The position numbers and the translations under genes were made by a program. Below, one piece after another: positions 34,885 to 44,494 of a stretch of DNA of 64,000 nt. Every line of letters begins with the position of its first letter. The first letter of the stretch is position 1. Origin of the DNA: an uncultured Candidatus Saccharibacteria bacterium (GTDB lineage Bacteria; Patescibacteriota; Minisyncoccia; Phycocordibacterales; CSBR16-119); the NCBI GenBank assembly GCA_964355515.1, contig CAYHDV010000001.1, positions 26,544 through 90,543 of the forward strand. Reading direction: 5' to 3'. Below the pieces are notes generated by a model that saw nothing but the letters and a program-made list of their open reading frames with translations, was not told the DNA's origin and did no database searches.

Positions 34885-36666
34885 TTATTCTAAAACAGCT
34901 TTGATACGCCGGACACCAGCAGAGCTTGCTTCTTCTTTTTTGATAGAAAATTTCCCGAGTTCTTTTGTATTCTCTACATGTGGCCCCCCGCAAATTTCTC
35001 GAGAAAACAAATCGTCCCCTTCGCCTATTTGATACACACTTACCATTGATTCATATTTGTCACCAAAAACACCAAGCGCTCCTATGTGCCTCGCTTGATC
35101 AAGACTCATCTCAGAACGAATAACAGGAAGTGCTTCCTTGATTTTTTCATTTACCAGAGATTCCACCCTTTTGATTTCTTCATCTGTCATCTTATCTCCA
35201 TGAGAGAAATCGAATCTTAGTCTCTCGGGGGTGATGTTACTTCCCTTTTGAACAACATGATTCCCTAAAACTTCCCGCAACGCTTGGTTGAGCATGTGAG
35301 TTGTGGTGTGGTACTTGATTTCCATATCACCATGACCGGCCAGCCCACCTTTAAACATCCCAGCAGAAGCTGAACGAGATTTCTCTTGATGTTCTTTCAT
35401 TTTTTGTTCAAATTCTGCAATGTTAATCTCTTCACCTTTTTCAGCGGCAAGCTCTTGTGTCATTTCCAAGGGGAAACCAAATGTTGTAAACAAAATGAAA
35501 GCGTCTCTCTCTCCTTTTTCAAATTCTTTAATTCCTTTTTCAAGTGTATTTAAAAACCCTTGCTCTTCTTTATGAATAATCGCATCAATTTGCTCTCGTT
35601 TTTCTGAAAGCTCTGGATACACATCTTTGTATATGCCAGCCACAATAGGGCCCAACGCAAGCGGTTTATTGTGCACACCTAATTTATATGCATGCGTTAC
35701 AGCTCGACGCAAAATACGACGTAAAATATATCCACGACCTGTATTTGAAGGTTCTAAACCTTCAACAGCAAGCATCTCTGCAGCTTTCGCATGATCAGCG
35801 ATGATTCTTGCACTACGCATTTTCTCTGGTGTATCAAGGGTCGTAAACTCTGCCAGTCGATCAATAATAGGCATAAATAAATCTGTATCAGCAATAGAAG
35901 TTTTTCCTTGGACAACAGCAACAACACGTTCAAACCCTGAACCAGTATCAACATTTTTGTTAGGTAATTCACCAACAACTTTACCGCCTTCCTGCTTGTA
36001 AGACATGAAAACATTATTCCAAATTTCAACAACCTTTTGATCTTCATCCGCTTGAAGATACTCTTCTTTTGTTAACCCTTCTGTAAGTGTCCCCGTCATA
36101 TCATAGAACATCTCAGTACTTGGTCCAGCAGGTGAATCTGGACCCGCAGTCCACCAGTTACTTTTTCCTGAAAGATAGAAGATTCTTTTCTTCGGATCGA
36201 GACCAGCTCCTTCAAAAATCTCTCGCCAAATATCAGCGGCTTCTTCGTCGCGAGGAACAACATCGTCTCCTTCAAACACGGTCACATAGAGGCGCCGTAC
36301 ATCTAAACCAAGACCTTCTTCGGTGCTTGTTAAAAATTCGTAACTCCATCCAATCGCTTCCTCTTTCCAATAATCTCCCAACGACCAGTTACCAAGCATT
36401 TCAAAAAATGTTGCATGAGTATTATCACCAACTTCATCAATATCAACAGTACGAAAACATTTCTGACTGTTGACCAGCCGAACACCATATGGGTGTTTTT
36501 CACCAAGTAAATAGGGCATTAACGGTTGCATGCCTGCAATATTAAATAACGTGACATTTCTATCTCCTCCATCAGATTCTGGAATAAGCGGTGCCGAAGG
36601 CAAAACAGCGTGTCCACGCTTTGCGAAAAAATCCAAAAATCTCTGTCGTATCTCATGTGATTGCAT
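34885..36666 (-). CDS. alaS: Alanine--tRNA ligase lacking the C-terminal C-Ala/DHHA1 region (catalytic + editing domains only)
   Basis: MQSHEIRQRFLDFFAKRGH N-terminus, editing-domain HTTTHML...CGGPHV, ends ...GVRRIKAVLE. 593 aa versus about 870 typical. Confidence 0.8.
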   Translation of the reverse strand: MQSHEIRQRFLDFFAKRGHAVLPSAPLIPESDGGDRNVTLFNIAGMQPLMPYLLGEKHPYGVRLVNSQKCFRTVDIDEVGDNTHATFFEMLGNWSLGDYWKEEAIGWSYEFLTSTEEGLGLDVRRLYVTVFEGDDVVPRDEEAADIWREIFEGAGLDPKKRIFYLSGKSNWWTAGPDSPAGPSTEMFYDMTGTLTEGLTKEEYLQADEDQKVVEIWNNVFMSYKQEGGKVVGELPNKNVDTGSGFERVVAVVQGKTSIADTDLFMPIIDRLAEFTTLDTPEKMRSARIIADHAKAAEMLAVEGLEPSNTGRGYILRRILRRAVTHAYKLGVHNKPLALGPIVAGIYKDVYPELSEKREQIDAIIHKEEQGFLNTLEKGIKEFEKGERDAFILFTTFGFPLEMTQELAAEKGEEINIAEFEQKMKEHQEKSRSASAGMFKGGLAGHGDMEIKYHTTTHMLNQALREVLGNHVVQKGSNITPERLRFDFSHGDKMTDEEIKRVESLVNEKIKEALPVIRSEMSLDQARHIGALGVFGDKYESMVSVYQIGEGDDLFSREICGGPHVENTKELGKFSIKKEEASSAGVRRIKAVLE

Positions 36667-36754
36667 GAGACAAATATATCAGAAAAAAAGCAATAAAAAA
36701 AGCCGGGGAAATCTCCTATCCAAACCAAAAACCACCCTCGGGTGGTTTTTGGTT

Positions 36755-37600
36755 TTATTGACACATTCCGTGTGTAAGATTTTGTTGTTCGATTCCAGAA
36801 CCAGATGACATTATAAGTCTAGTACCCATATCTCCACCCTGGTAGATCCATGGCCCGTTTATAATATAATTTAATGTCTTGTAGCCAGCTTTTGAATAAC
36901 TAAAAGTTACCGGGGATCCACAATCATAATTCTGAAGTGGCAAAAATTGTAAGTCAAAGTATCCATCACTCGCAGTTGTCGCAGAAACACCAGGAAAACT
37001 AGGTGAACTAACTGAAACTCCAGAAAGAGAATTATGACTTGCATCTACCAGGTAACCACAGAAAGCGAAAGCTGTTGAATTTGATGGTGCATGAGGGCAT
37101 GTGTGAGCTTGAGTAAGAGGGGAAAGATTAATTGTTAGACTACTTAGATGCTCAGGAGTTTTAAATCTTATGCCTGTAGATGTCTCATAACCAGGGGCAG
37201 AGACAGAAATATTATAAGTTCCAGAAGGAAGTGTGCTCATGTATGAGATGAAAGTATTTACTCCAGCATACGTGTTTCCATTTACCTCAAAAGAAGGTAA
37301 CGCTACGTTTGCAAGACTATCCACATTTACAACAAAGATGCTATTTATTGGATTAGATCCCCCAGAAAGTGGACTTACCGGGTTGGTGTAATTTTCTTCT
37401 ATCTGTTGGTTCAACTGTCCTCCTTCAGGAGATATTTCAGTGTCTAACCCGGAAGATGTTTCTTGGTTTTCTCCAAAAGAATCCCTGCTTGAATTTTGTC
37501 CTGTATAATACATCCCAATTCCGATAGCTCCCGCGAAAAGAAGACCTATAAATACAGCAATTATAGGTGCAAAACCCTTTTGATTCAAAAATAATTTCAT
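36755..37600 (-). CDS. Secreted/anchored protein with pilin-like N-terminal hydrophobic segment and CarboxypepD_reg/PEGA-like beta domain
   Basis: MKLFLNQKGFAPIIAVFIGLLFAGAIG resembles a class III signal but lacks Glu+5. SGTYNISVSAPGYETS motif. Confidence 0.45.
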   Translation of the reverse strand: MKLFLNQKGFAPIIAVFIGLLFAGAIGIGMYYTGQNSSRDSFGENQETSSGLDTEISPEGGQLNQQIEENYTNPVSPLSGGSNPINSIFVVNVDSLANVALPSFEVNGNTYAGVNTFISYMSTLPSGTYNISVSAPGYETSTGIRFKTPEHLSSLTINLSPLTQAHTCPHAPSNSTAFAFCGYLVDASHNSLSGVSVSSPSFPGVSATTASDGYFDLQFLPLQNYDCGSPVTFSYSKAGYKTLNYIINGPWIYQGGDMGTRLIMSSGSGIEQQNLTHGMCQ

Positions 37601-37711
37601 ACGATAAAGTTTAAATAATTAATTAATATTCCAATAAACTATAAGACGTATCTATTATACCATTCTTACAAAAAGCCTTACTGGTCAAAGCACAAAACTG
37701 TTAATCCCAAT

Positions 37712-38812
37712 TTAAACAATAATCCCACCGCCGATACACTCACTACCACTGTACACCACAAGTGACTGCCCTGAAGAAACGCCCCAAACAGGCTTTTCAA
37801 AGACTACCACTGCGGTATCGTCTCTCACCTGGAGAAAGTTGCAGGGAATTCTCTCTCCTCTGTAGCGAATCCGAGCCTGCACCTCTTTGCCAAATGATGG
37901 ATATGCAGAAGGAATCCAGTTTGTCTTTTGTAAATTAATATCTAGCGTATACCCTTCTTTTAGAGATTTCTCTTCATATGCATTCTTATCATCTCTAGAA
38001 TCCACAGTGATGGTATTCTTCTCTACATCTTTTGCCACGACAAATAAAGGAGTGTCTTCTGTTCCCTTTTTTGTGATAGTGAATCCATGTCGCTCACCCA
38101 TGGTGAAGAAAAGTGCTCCACTATGCACCCCAATAACTTCACCCTTTGTGTTCAGAACATTTCCCTGTTTTTCTTCTATGTAGTGAGTGAGGAATTCTTT
38201 CATATCAATCTCTCCAATAAAGCACACCCCCTGACTATCTTTCTTCTTGGCAGTAGGTAGACCAAAACGCTCCGCTTCTTTCCTCACATCTTTTTTCTCA
38301 AGATGCCCCACTGGAAATAACACATATTGCAATTGCTCTTGATTGAGTGTCCAGAGAAAATATGATTGGTCTTTTTCAGCATCTCGCCCTTCTTTCAAAT
38401 GATATCGACTATCTTCAAATTTGTTTTGTGCGTAGTGGCCAGTTGCAATAGCGTCCGCTCCATGATTTCTTGCCCATGCCAAAAATCCTCCAAACTTTAC
38501 CTCTTTGTTGCACATTACATCTGGATTTGGAGTCCGCCCTGCTCGGTATTCAGAAATCATATAGTCAGCAACTCCTTCTTTGTATTCTTTTTCTAAATCT
38601 AGTGTCACAAATGGTACATCTAAGTGAGCACACACTCTCATGGCGTCCCTTCTCTCATCTCTCCAAGTACATTCTATCCAGTCTGGTTGCCATGTTTTGA
38701 TAAATACTCCTGTGACCTCATAACCTGCCTCCTTCAGCAATGCCAAAGAAACAGAAGAATCAACTCCGCCGGAAACTCCAACAAACACTTTTTTCTTATC
38801 GGCAATTCCCAT
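37712..38812 (-). CDS. mnmA: tRNA-specific 2-thiouridylase MnmA
   Basis: PP-loop VGVSGGVDSSVSL, catalytic Cys residues, 366 aa. Confidence 0.9.
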   Translation of the reverse strand: MGIADKKKVFVGVSGGVDSSVSLALLKEAGYEVTGVFIKTWQPDWIECTWRDERRDAMRVCAHLDVPFVTLDLEKEYKEGVADYMISEYRAGRTPNPDVMCNKEVKFGGFLAWARNHGADAIATGHYAQNKFEDSRYHLKEGRDAEKDQSYFLWTLNQEQLQYVLFPVGHLEKKDVRKEAERFGLPTAKKKDSQGVCFIGEIDMKEFLTHYIEEKQGNVLNTKGEVIGVHSGALFFTMGERHGFTITKKGTEDTPLFVVAKDVEKNTITVDSRDDKNAYEEKSLKEGYTLDINLQKTNWIPSAYPSFGKEVQARIRYRGERIPCNFLQVRDDTAVVVFEKPVWGVSSGQSLVVYSGSECIGGGIIV

Positions 38813-38825
38813 GTTGTATACTCTA

Positions 38826-38862
38826 CACTATACAAAAAAACAAGGCCGGACACAAAGGTCCG
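38826..38862 (-). terminator. Intrinsic terminator 15-25 nt upstream of the mnmA start (3' end of a possible roughly 200-nt untranslated/ncRNA region)
   Basis: Minus strand reads GGCCGGACCTTTGTGTCCGGCCTTGTTTTTTTG. Confidence 0.6.
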
Positions 38863-39061
38863 GCCAGTTATAACCCCAAAAAAGAGCGTTGAAGTTAGTT
38901 GGTATTTATAGGTTTCTGAGTAGACCGAGACTTCTCTGCGTCAAACTTATTAAATAAGGAATCTAAGGGGCTTCTTAACTGAATTCCTTACCCTAAGCAC
39001 GTAGTCAAACCGCCAACATAATTAAATATACCAAATCTCTCTTAGGCAAGCAAGGAGGTTT

Positions 39062-39607
39062 TTATATTTCCATCAGCTTCTTGTACACTTCAAATAGTGC
39101 TCTAGCATCTGAAAGTGCAGTATGAGCTCTATTGTTTTCTATACCGAAATATTCACACAGTTTGGATAGGCGAAACTTATCTATATCTTTTTTCTTGTGG
39201 AGTTTGGCAAAGGCAATAGATATAGTATCCATCTTTGCATAGAATAATTTATTTTCTATACCTGTCTTGTGAAATGCCTTGTCAATAAAACTATAATCAA
39301 AAGCCACATTGTGAGCCACGAAAATACAGTTCTCTGTTTTTTCTGAAAAAACAGTCATTGCCTCTTTTAGTGAATGAGCAAAAATCCAATCCGCTGGGTC
39401 ATAGCCATTTACTCGGAGAGCCCCAGGGTCGGCAGTTTCTATATGCTCTGGCTTAATCTTTATATCAATTTCTTCCACCACCTCATACGAAGTAGCATCA
39501 TCAGAGGTAGGCCTCACGATGACCACCCCAAGCTCAATTATTTCCTGTGTTTCTGTGTCAAAACCAGTTGTCTCTATATCTACAAATGCAAGATTATGCT
39601 TTTTCAT
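39062..39607 (-). CDS. DEDDh 3'-5' exonuclease (DnaQ/epsilon-like)
   Basis: Exo I FVDIETTG, Exo II VAHNVAFD, Exo III H...D motifs. 181 aa. Confidence 0.8.
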   Translation of the reverse strand: MKKHNLAFVDIETTGFDTETQEIIELGVVIVRPTSDDATSYEVVEEIDIKIKPEHIETADPGALRVNGYDPADWIFAHSLKEAMTVFSEKTENCIFVAHNVAFDYSFIDKAFHKTGIENKLFYAKMDTISIAFAKLHKKKDIDKFRLSKLCEYFGIENNRAHTALSDARALFEVYKKLMEI

Positions 39608-39663
39608 ATTTATCCTAAATTAGAAACAAAGTATATCACAAAAGACTTTTGCCATCCAAAAGG

Positions 39664-40683
39664 TTATTTATACAAATGATTTCTTATGTTTTCCAAATGT
39701 TTTTGGTATGTTCCTCCATAATAAACATTACCTTTTAAATCATGCATATAATACAAGTAAGAACTCTTTGTGGGCTGTGCGGCCGCTTTCATGGCGACAA
39801 GACCAGGGTTACCAATTGGCCCAGGAGGAAGACCTTTGTTTGTATATGTGTTATAAGGAAAATCTGTTTGGAGGTCTTTGTGGGTAAGCTGTGCTGAACC
39901 CTTTCCTGTTATATATTTAAGTGTAGCGTCCACTTGCAAGGCCATATCTATTTCTATTCTTTTCCAAAGTATTCCAGATATAACTTTTTTTTCTTCCATA
40001 TTACGCGATGCTTCTTTTTCAAGAATAGATGCCATGATAATAATCTCGTCTATTGATTTCCCGGATTCAGCAAATATGGGCAATAGTGATTGAGTTTTTT
40101 CAAAAAAAGTTTTTTCTAATGTTTCGATTATTTCTTCTGGGCTACTTTTCCTTTTGAAATGATAAGTGTCAGGGAAAAGATATCCCTCTTTTGAAGCAGT
40201 CAAAGCTAGAAACTTTTCTTTATCAAATTCAAACAATTGCTTCTCGAGTGTCTCTGCTATCTCCTCGTTGGTTGAGCCTTCAAAAATAGTTACTGAAACA
40301 GGGGCAACTTTTGTCTTTCCGTGGACAAGTCTCCACGCCAGCTCAACTGATGTTATCTTGTGTTCAAAAAAATATTCACCAGCAATAACACCTTTTTGTC
40401 TTCCGAAGACAACTGTGAAAAAAGTGAAGAGCTGTTTACTTTTTATATAGTGTGATTCTTTCAGGATAGTTCCTATCTCTACCAGGCTTGTTCCTTTTTT
40501 GATATCCAAATAAGTCTGTATGGGAAATGATTTAGGAGGGGCAAAAAATGATATAAGTGTGATGAATAGAAAAAATACAATACCAGCTAGAGCCACGGAC
40601 TTTTGGTCTCGAAGATTCATTTTGGCATTTCTTAAAAAATATCTCGCTCTATTCCCTATTTTTTCTATCAAATTAGTGTCCAT
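39664..40683 (-). CDS. mltG: Endolytic murein transglycosylase MltG (YceG family)
   Basis: N-terminal TM, then a YceG-like domain ...ASILEKEASRNMEEKKVISGILWKRI... Confidence 0.75.
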   Translation of the reverse strand: MDTNLIEKIGNRARYFLRNAKMNLRDQKSVALAGIVFFLFITLISFFAPPKSFPIQTYLDIKKGTSLVEIGTILKESHYIKSKQLFTFFTVVFGRQKGVIAGEYFFEHKITSVELAWRLVHGKTKVAPVSVTIFEGSTNEEIAETLEKQLFEFDKEKFLALTASKEGYLFPDTYHFKRKSSPEEIIETLEKTFFEKTQSLLPIFAESGKSIDEIIIMASILEKEASRNMEEKKVISGILWKRIEIDMALQVDATLKYITGKGSAQLTHKDLQTDFPYNTYTNKGLPPGPIGNPGLVAMKAAAQPTKSSYLYYMHDLKGNVYYGGTYQKHLENIRNHLYK

Positions 40684-40685
40684 GT

Positions 40686-41927
40686 TTATATCGGCAAATT
40701 AGGTGGAGGAGTAGCTTTCTTGGCTTCAATTCTTTCAAATGTAGGCGCCTCAGTAGATCTACTTGGAAAGTGGAATATTGTTGCAAGCTCTTCTGAGTTT
40801 AGAACAAATGGCTCACCAGAGTGTGGTGGCGAGAAAAACCCTCTGTCCCAATAGGCGTTAAAAATCTCTCTTTTCAGTTTCCGAACCCGAGAACCAGTTG
40901 GGTCTTGCCACGGATAATCAAATCCGGTTGCACCTCGTGGCTTAAAGCTATTCAAGTTTACAGAGTTGTATTGCTTCAAAGACCCCAGAAGTCCGGTGAC
41001 ATTTATAGCATCAAACGAATCTTTTTTCGCCAAATAAATAGCTCTCATCCCGACATCAAATCCAGGTTTTTGGATACTCTTTTCTATAGCAATCAGGGCC
41101 TGTTTCTCGGACTCTGTCATATTCACAAGGTCTCTCCTCTCTACTCCGTCTTTGTCTTTGACCATGTGTTTCTTTATAATTTCATCCTTTACTCTCTTCG
41201 CATCTTCTTTCCAATCTATTTTTTTGAATGGATGTTTCGGATCTTTATATCTAGCAATAGACGGCCGGACAAGGATCTGGAGCCACACTTGCTCACCCCC
41301 GCGAAGAGACGCTAGGAATTCAATAAAAGGAGAAATAGGGTCAATTTTCTTGTCTTCCTCGAGAAGCCCACCTGAAGATTTGTCCAAACCATAATCAATA
41401 TATGTTTTGATTGGATATTGGTCATCTTTGCTGAGGGCAAATTCTGTACCAAAAATACTCCAAGGCTCTTTCACCATTTGCTTTGCTACATTTTCCACAT
41501 AATCAGAGGATTCTTTGATCTCAATATTTGGATATTGTGCGTAGAGTTGAGCCTCGATCAGTCTCCTCCATCTCTTTTCTGCTCTAATAAAAAACTTTAC
41601 ACTTCCTTCAATAGAAATTATTTCGAGAGAAAACCATGTGTACACATTTCCCAACCAATACTTCTGAACCCATGTTCCCATCCCAGATGTTTGGTGAAGA
41701 GCATTTGCAAGAAAAAGCTCCATCGCAGCAGGAGATTTGAAAACATCTTTGGGTATTTTAATTTCAAGAATTAACCACTCTTTTTTATCTATTGTAGCTA
41801 TTTGAATATATTTTATCCAAATCTTCCAACCAATATAAAGCAAAATAACAGGTACCCAGAAAATAGCAGTTTTGCCAATTACCTGGATTAAAGCTAAAAA
41901 AATATTGTTAACGATATCGAGTAACAT
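40686..41927 (-). CDS. Membrane-anchored hypothetical protein
   Basis: 413 aa with N-terminal TM helices and a large soluble domain. No family recognised. Translationally coupled to mltG. Confidence 0.45.
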   Translation of the reverse strand: MLLDIVNNIFLALIQVIGKTAIFWVPVILLYIGWKIWIKYIQIATIDKKEWLILEIKIPKDVFKSPAAMELFLANALHQTSGMGTWVQKYWLGNVYTWFSLEIISIEGSVKFFIRAEKRWRRLIEAQLYAQYPNIEIKESSDYVENVAKQMVKEPWSIFGTEFALSKDDQYPIKTYIDYGLDKSSGGLLEEDKKIDPISPFIEFLASLRGGEQVWLQILVRPSIARYKDPKHPFKKIDWKEDAKRVKDEIIKKHMVKDKDGVERRDLVNMTESEKQALIAIEKSIQKPGFDVGMRAIYLAKKDSFDAINVTGLLGSLKQYNSVNLNSFKPRGATGFDYPWQDPTGSRVRKLKREIFNAYWDRGFFSPPHSGEPFVLNSEELATIFHFPSRSTEAPTFERIEAKKATPPPNLPI

Positions 41928-41961
41928 ATTATGAAATTAATTATAACCCATAAAAAAGTTA

Positions 41962-42447
41962 TTACTCAAAGTCAACGGGGATATCAATCACGATAGGGTT
42001 TTCTCCTGATGGGTCTTCATTTGAAAAGCGAAGAACGCCATCTGGTGTATCTATAATAGGCATGCTCAAGTTTTGATTGAAACTAACAACCTCTGCCATC
42101 CATGGACTTGTGGCAAGAAGTGGCTCACTTGCAACTGTGACACCACTTCCATCCAAAATATAAACTGACCCCACCTGTCCTTCAAATGCTTCCCAACCAC
42201 ACCCTGTTATCTTCCCAGAGACTGTAAAAGGAAATGTGAAAAGTTTTTTTGGAAGTGGTTCATCTAATACAAACCCACAGCCATCCTCTTCTGCCACTTT
42301 ATTATTCCCATCATATTGATTGGTAAAAACTGAAATATATTTATTTTTATCAAGCACTAGTCCCAATGCAAGAGCAGAAAGAACCAGCCCAGCAATAACT
42401 ATTAGTATGATCCAAATTATTTCACCTTTTGTATTTTTAAATTTCAT
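41962..42447 (-). CDS. Secreted protein with Gmad2 Ig-like domain
   Basis: 161 aa with signal anchor. GKITGCGWEAFEGQVGSVYILDGSG resembles the Gmad2 domain. Confidence 0.5.
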   Translation of the reverse strand: MKFKNTKGEIIWIILIVIAGLVLSALALGLVLDKNKYISVFTNQYDGNNKVAEEDGCGFVLDEPLPKKLFTFPFTVSGKITGCGWEAFEGQVGSVYILDGSGVTVASEPLLATSPWMAEVVSFNQNLSMPIIDTPDGVLRFSNEDPSGENPIVIDIPVDFE

Positions 42448-42545
42448 ATAACTTATTATAACAACAAAAATACCAAATCAAAAAACCCTGGCTACAGGGT
42501 TTTTTGATCTCTGAGTTATTTTATGTTTTGGAAAATGGTTATCTA

Positions 42546-43574
42546 TTATTTAACCAAAGTATAAAGTCCTTCTTTTGTCTTTTTAAATCGTTTTGGATTT
42601 TGTAGATTTACAAGGATTGTGTTTCGTTTCAAGTATCGTTCTCGAAGTACACGGTCTATCACATCTTCTTTTGAAAGTGGTCCTTCTTTTTCGATAATTC
42701 CTTGGATAACATCGGCAACTACACCAGGTTTGTATCCCCACTCCCTTAGACCGTATAGCCCTCTACCCACAAGTACAAATCTTTCATCCTTAATCAACTC
42801 ATTGTGAGTTGTAGCTGGATGAGTTTTCTTACCAAATGTTTCAGTAATAGCTTCTGCTACTTCTCGAAAATGCATAGGTGATCCATGTCGTCTCATTACA
42901 AGAAAAGCATAATCTTTCACACCACGCACTCGAACTGATTTTGAATCTGCTCTTCCCCATTCCCCAAGAGGATTTGAATCAATTTTCTTAGAAAGTCGGA
43001 GCCATCTTTTTACAATTTCTTTGTCTCTTACATCTTCTGCAACATCCTTTAGTCCCTCAACAAATCGAGCCACTAGTTCATCTTCTGTAAGAAGTTCATC
43101 AAGAGAAATGCTCTTGTACAAATCTTTCAAAGCCTCGTGTACTCTGTCTGTTACTTCTTCTTTCACACTCCATCTCTTTTTGAAATGAGCGTCCTCTCTG
43201 TGGTCAACGAATTGATCAGCAAGAACCAGGTGGAAGTGTACATGATTTTGTACTGCAGGATCTTTTGAAAGATGAGAAAGTATTTCCTCTTCTGAGACGA
43301 TTCCTCCTAGATTATAAATTGATGATTTTAATTCTTCAAAAGAAGCATCACTTTCTTCAAAGGAGCTAGATTTTCTGATTGATGTAATTGCAGCGTTTTC
43401 GATTTGACGAACTCGCTCTCGAGTAATCCCATACTTCTGTCCAATGGATTCAAGTGTTTTTCGCTCGGCATCTGGAGTAAGTCCAAACCGATTAGAAACC
43501 ACATCCAAAGCCCTCTCACCAAGTTCGGCAAGAAGTTTTTTACTTATTTGTTTTGCTTTATATGTTGTAGCCAT
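42546..43574 (-). CDS. DNA-binding protein with N-terminal sigma-70 region-4-like HTH and C-terminal HARE-HTH domain
   Basis: LESIGQKYGITRERVRQIE (sigma r4). C-terminal MHFREVAEAITE...RFVLVGRGLYGLREW (HARE-HTH as in RpoE-delta). Terminator at 42482-42510. Confidence 0.6.
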   Translation of the reverse strand: MATTYKAKQISKKLLAELGERALDVVSNRFGLTPDAERKTLESIGQKYGITRERVRQIENAAITSIRKSSSFEESDASFEELKSSIYNLGGIVSEEEILSHLSKDPAVQNHVHFHLVLADQFVDHREDAHFKKRWSVKEEVTDRVHEALKDLYKSISLDELLTEDELVARFVEGLKDVAEDVRDKEIVKRWLRLSKKIDSNPLGEWGRADSKSVRVRGVKDYAFLVMRRHGSPMHFREVAEAITETFGKKTHPATTHNELIKDERFVLVGRGLYGLREWGYKPGVVADVIQGIIEKEGPLSKEDVIDRVLRERYLKRNTILVNLQNPKRFKKTKEGLYTLVK

Positions 43575-43724
43575 ATTTGTAATAATTAACCTATTTTTAA
43601 TAACCCATCCAAAACGAAAGGGCTCTTGCCCTTTGATTTTTATTAAAACATTAACTCAGAAGAATTAAGTTGTTTTGACTATAACACTAATTGTTAAAAT
43701 AAGCAAGCTTTATTTATAGAAGTG

Positions 43725-44474
43725 TCAATAAGTCTCTCTAATAAACTCTTTAAGGTTGGTTTTTGCCATTTGATCCTTATTTTTTTGGAGAAATACTGAG
43801 TATTCAGACTCATCTTTTATATCTTTTGTAAGGCTTTCCCCTGGAGGAATACCCATGACAGGAACAGGGTCTATCAAAATAATATCCCCTTTTTCATTTC
43901 GAAACTCAAGTTGTAGATGTAAGTGCGGGTACCCTTTTGCATTGCCTGTCTGACCCAGCAGTCCTATTGTCTTATCGGTACCAATCTCGATAAGTGGGTA
44001 TGAATTAAAGCTAACCTCTCTGAGCATTTTTTGATATGAGGTAAAAGATATTTTAAGGTCTCGAAGGTGCAAGTATAGAGAGTGCAGTACAAAGCCGTCC
44101 TTTGTCCGTATTTCTGGATGAGAAAGCATTATGTATTTCCCATTTATGAGACCGAAACCAGAATATTCTAATATACCTTTGGTGATAGGAGTTATTGGAG
44201 TCTTTGTCTTGCCATCAAAATCAATTCCCGTGTGAAAGTAATTTCCAATTTTTTTTACTGGGTGATATCTCAATCCAAAATATCCAAAATATTTATTTAT
44301 CGTATTCTCTGCATTGACAAAAGGAGGGTTGAAAACAAATTGAGATTTCATTTGCTGATAAAACAAAGTCCAAAATTCAAACTCATCAGGATTTGGTACA
44401 AAATGAGGACATGCTCCACTGTATGGCCCAGGTCTTGGAATACTGAAATCTTTTATCGCAGGCAATATCTCCAT
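43725..44474 (-). CDS. M23 family metallopeptidase
   Basis: HTGIDF...HLHLQL motifs (HxxxD / HxH). Confidence 0.7.
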   Translation of the reverse strand: MEILPAIKDFSIPRPGPYSGACPHFVPNPDEFEFWTLFYQQMKSQFVFNPPFVNAENTINKYFGYFGLRYHPVKKIGNYFHTGIDFDGKTKTPITPITKGILEYSGFGLINGKYIMLSHPEIRTKDGFVLHSLYLHLRDLKISFTSYQKMLREVSFNSYPLIEIGTDKTIGLLGQTGNAKGYPHLHLQLEFRNEKGDIILIDPVPVMGIPPGESLTKDIKDESEYSVFLQKNKDQMAKTNLKEFIRETY

Positions 44475-44494
44475 TAACCTAATTATATCAAAAA

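Noticed and set aside
38838-38862. Possible RNase P P4-like sequence (AAAGGUCCGGCC)
   Set aside because: It is explained fully as a simple perfect hairpin terminator, and the flanking sequence does not match the RNase P or SRP consensus.
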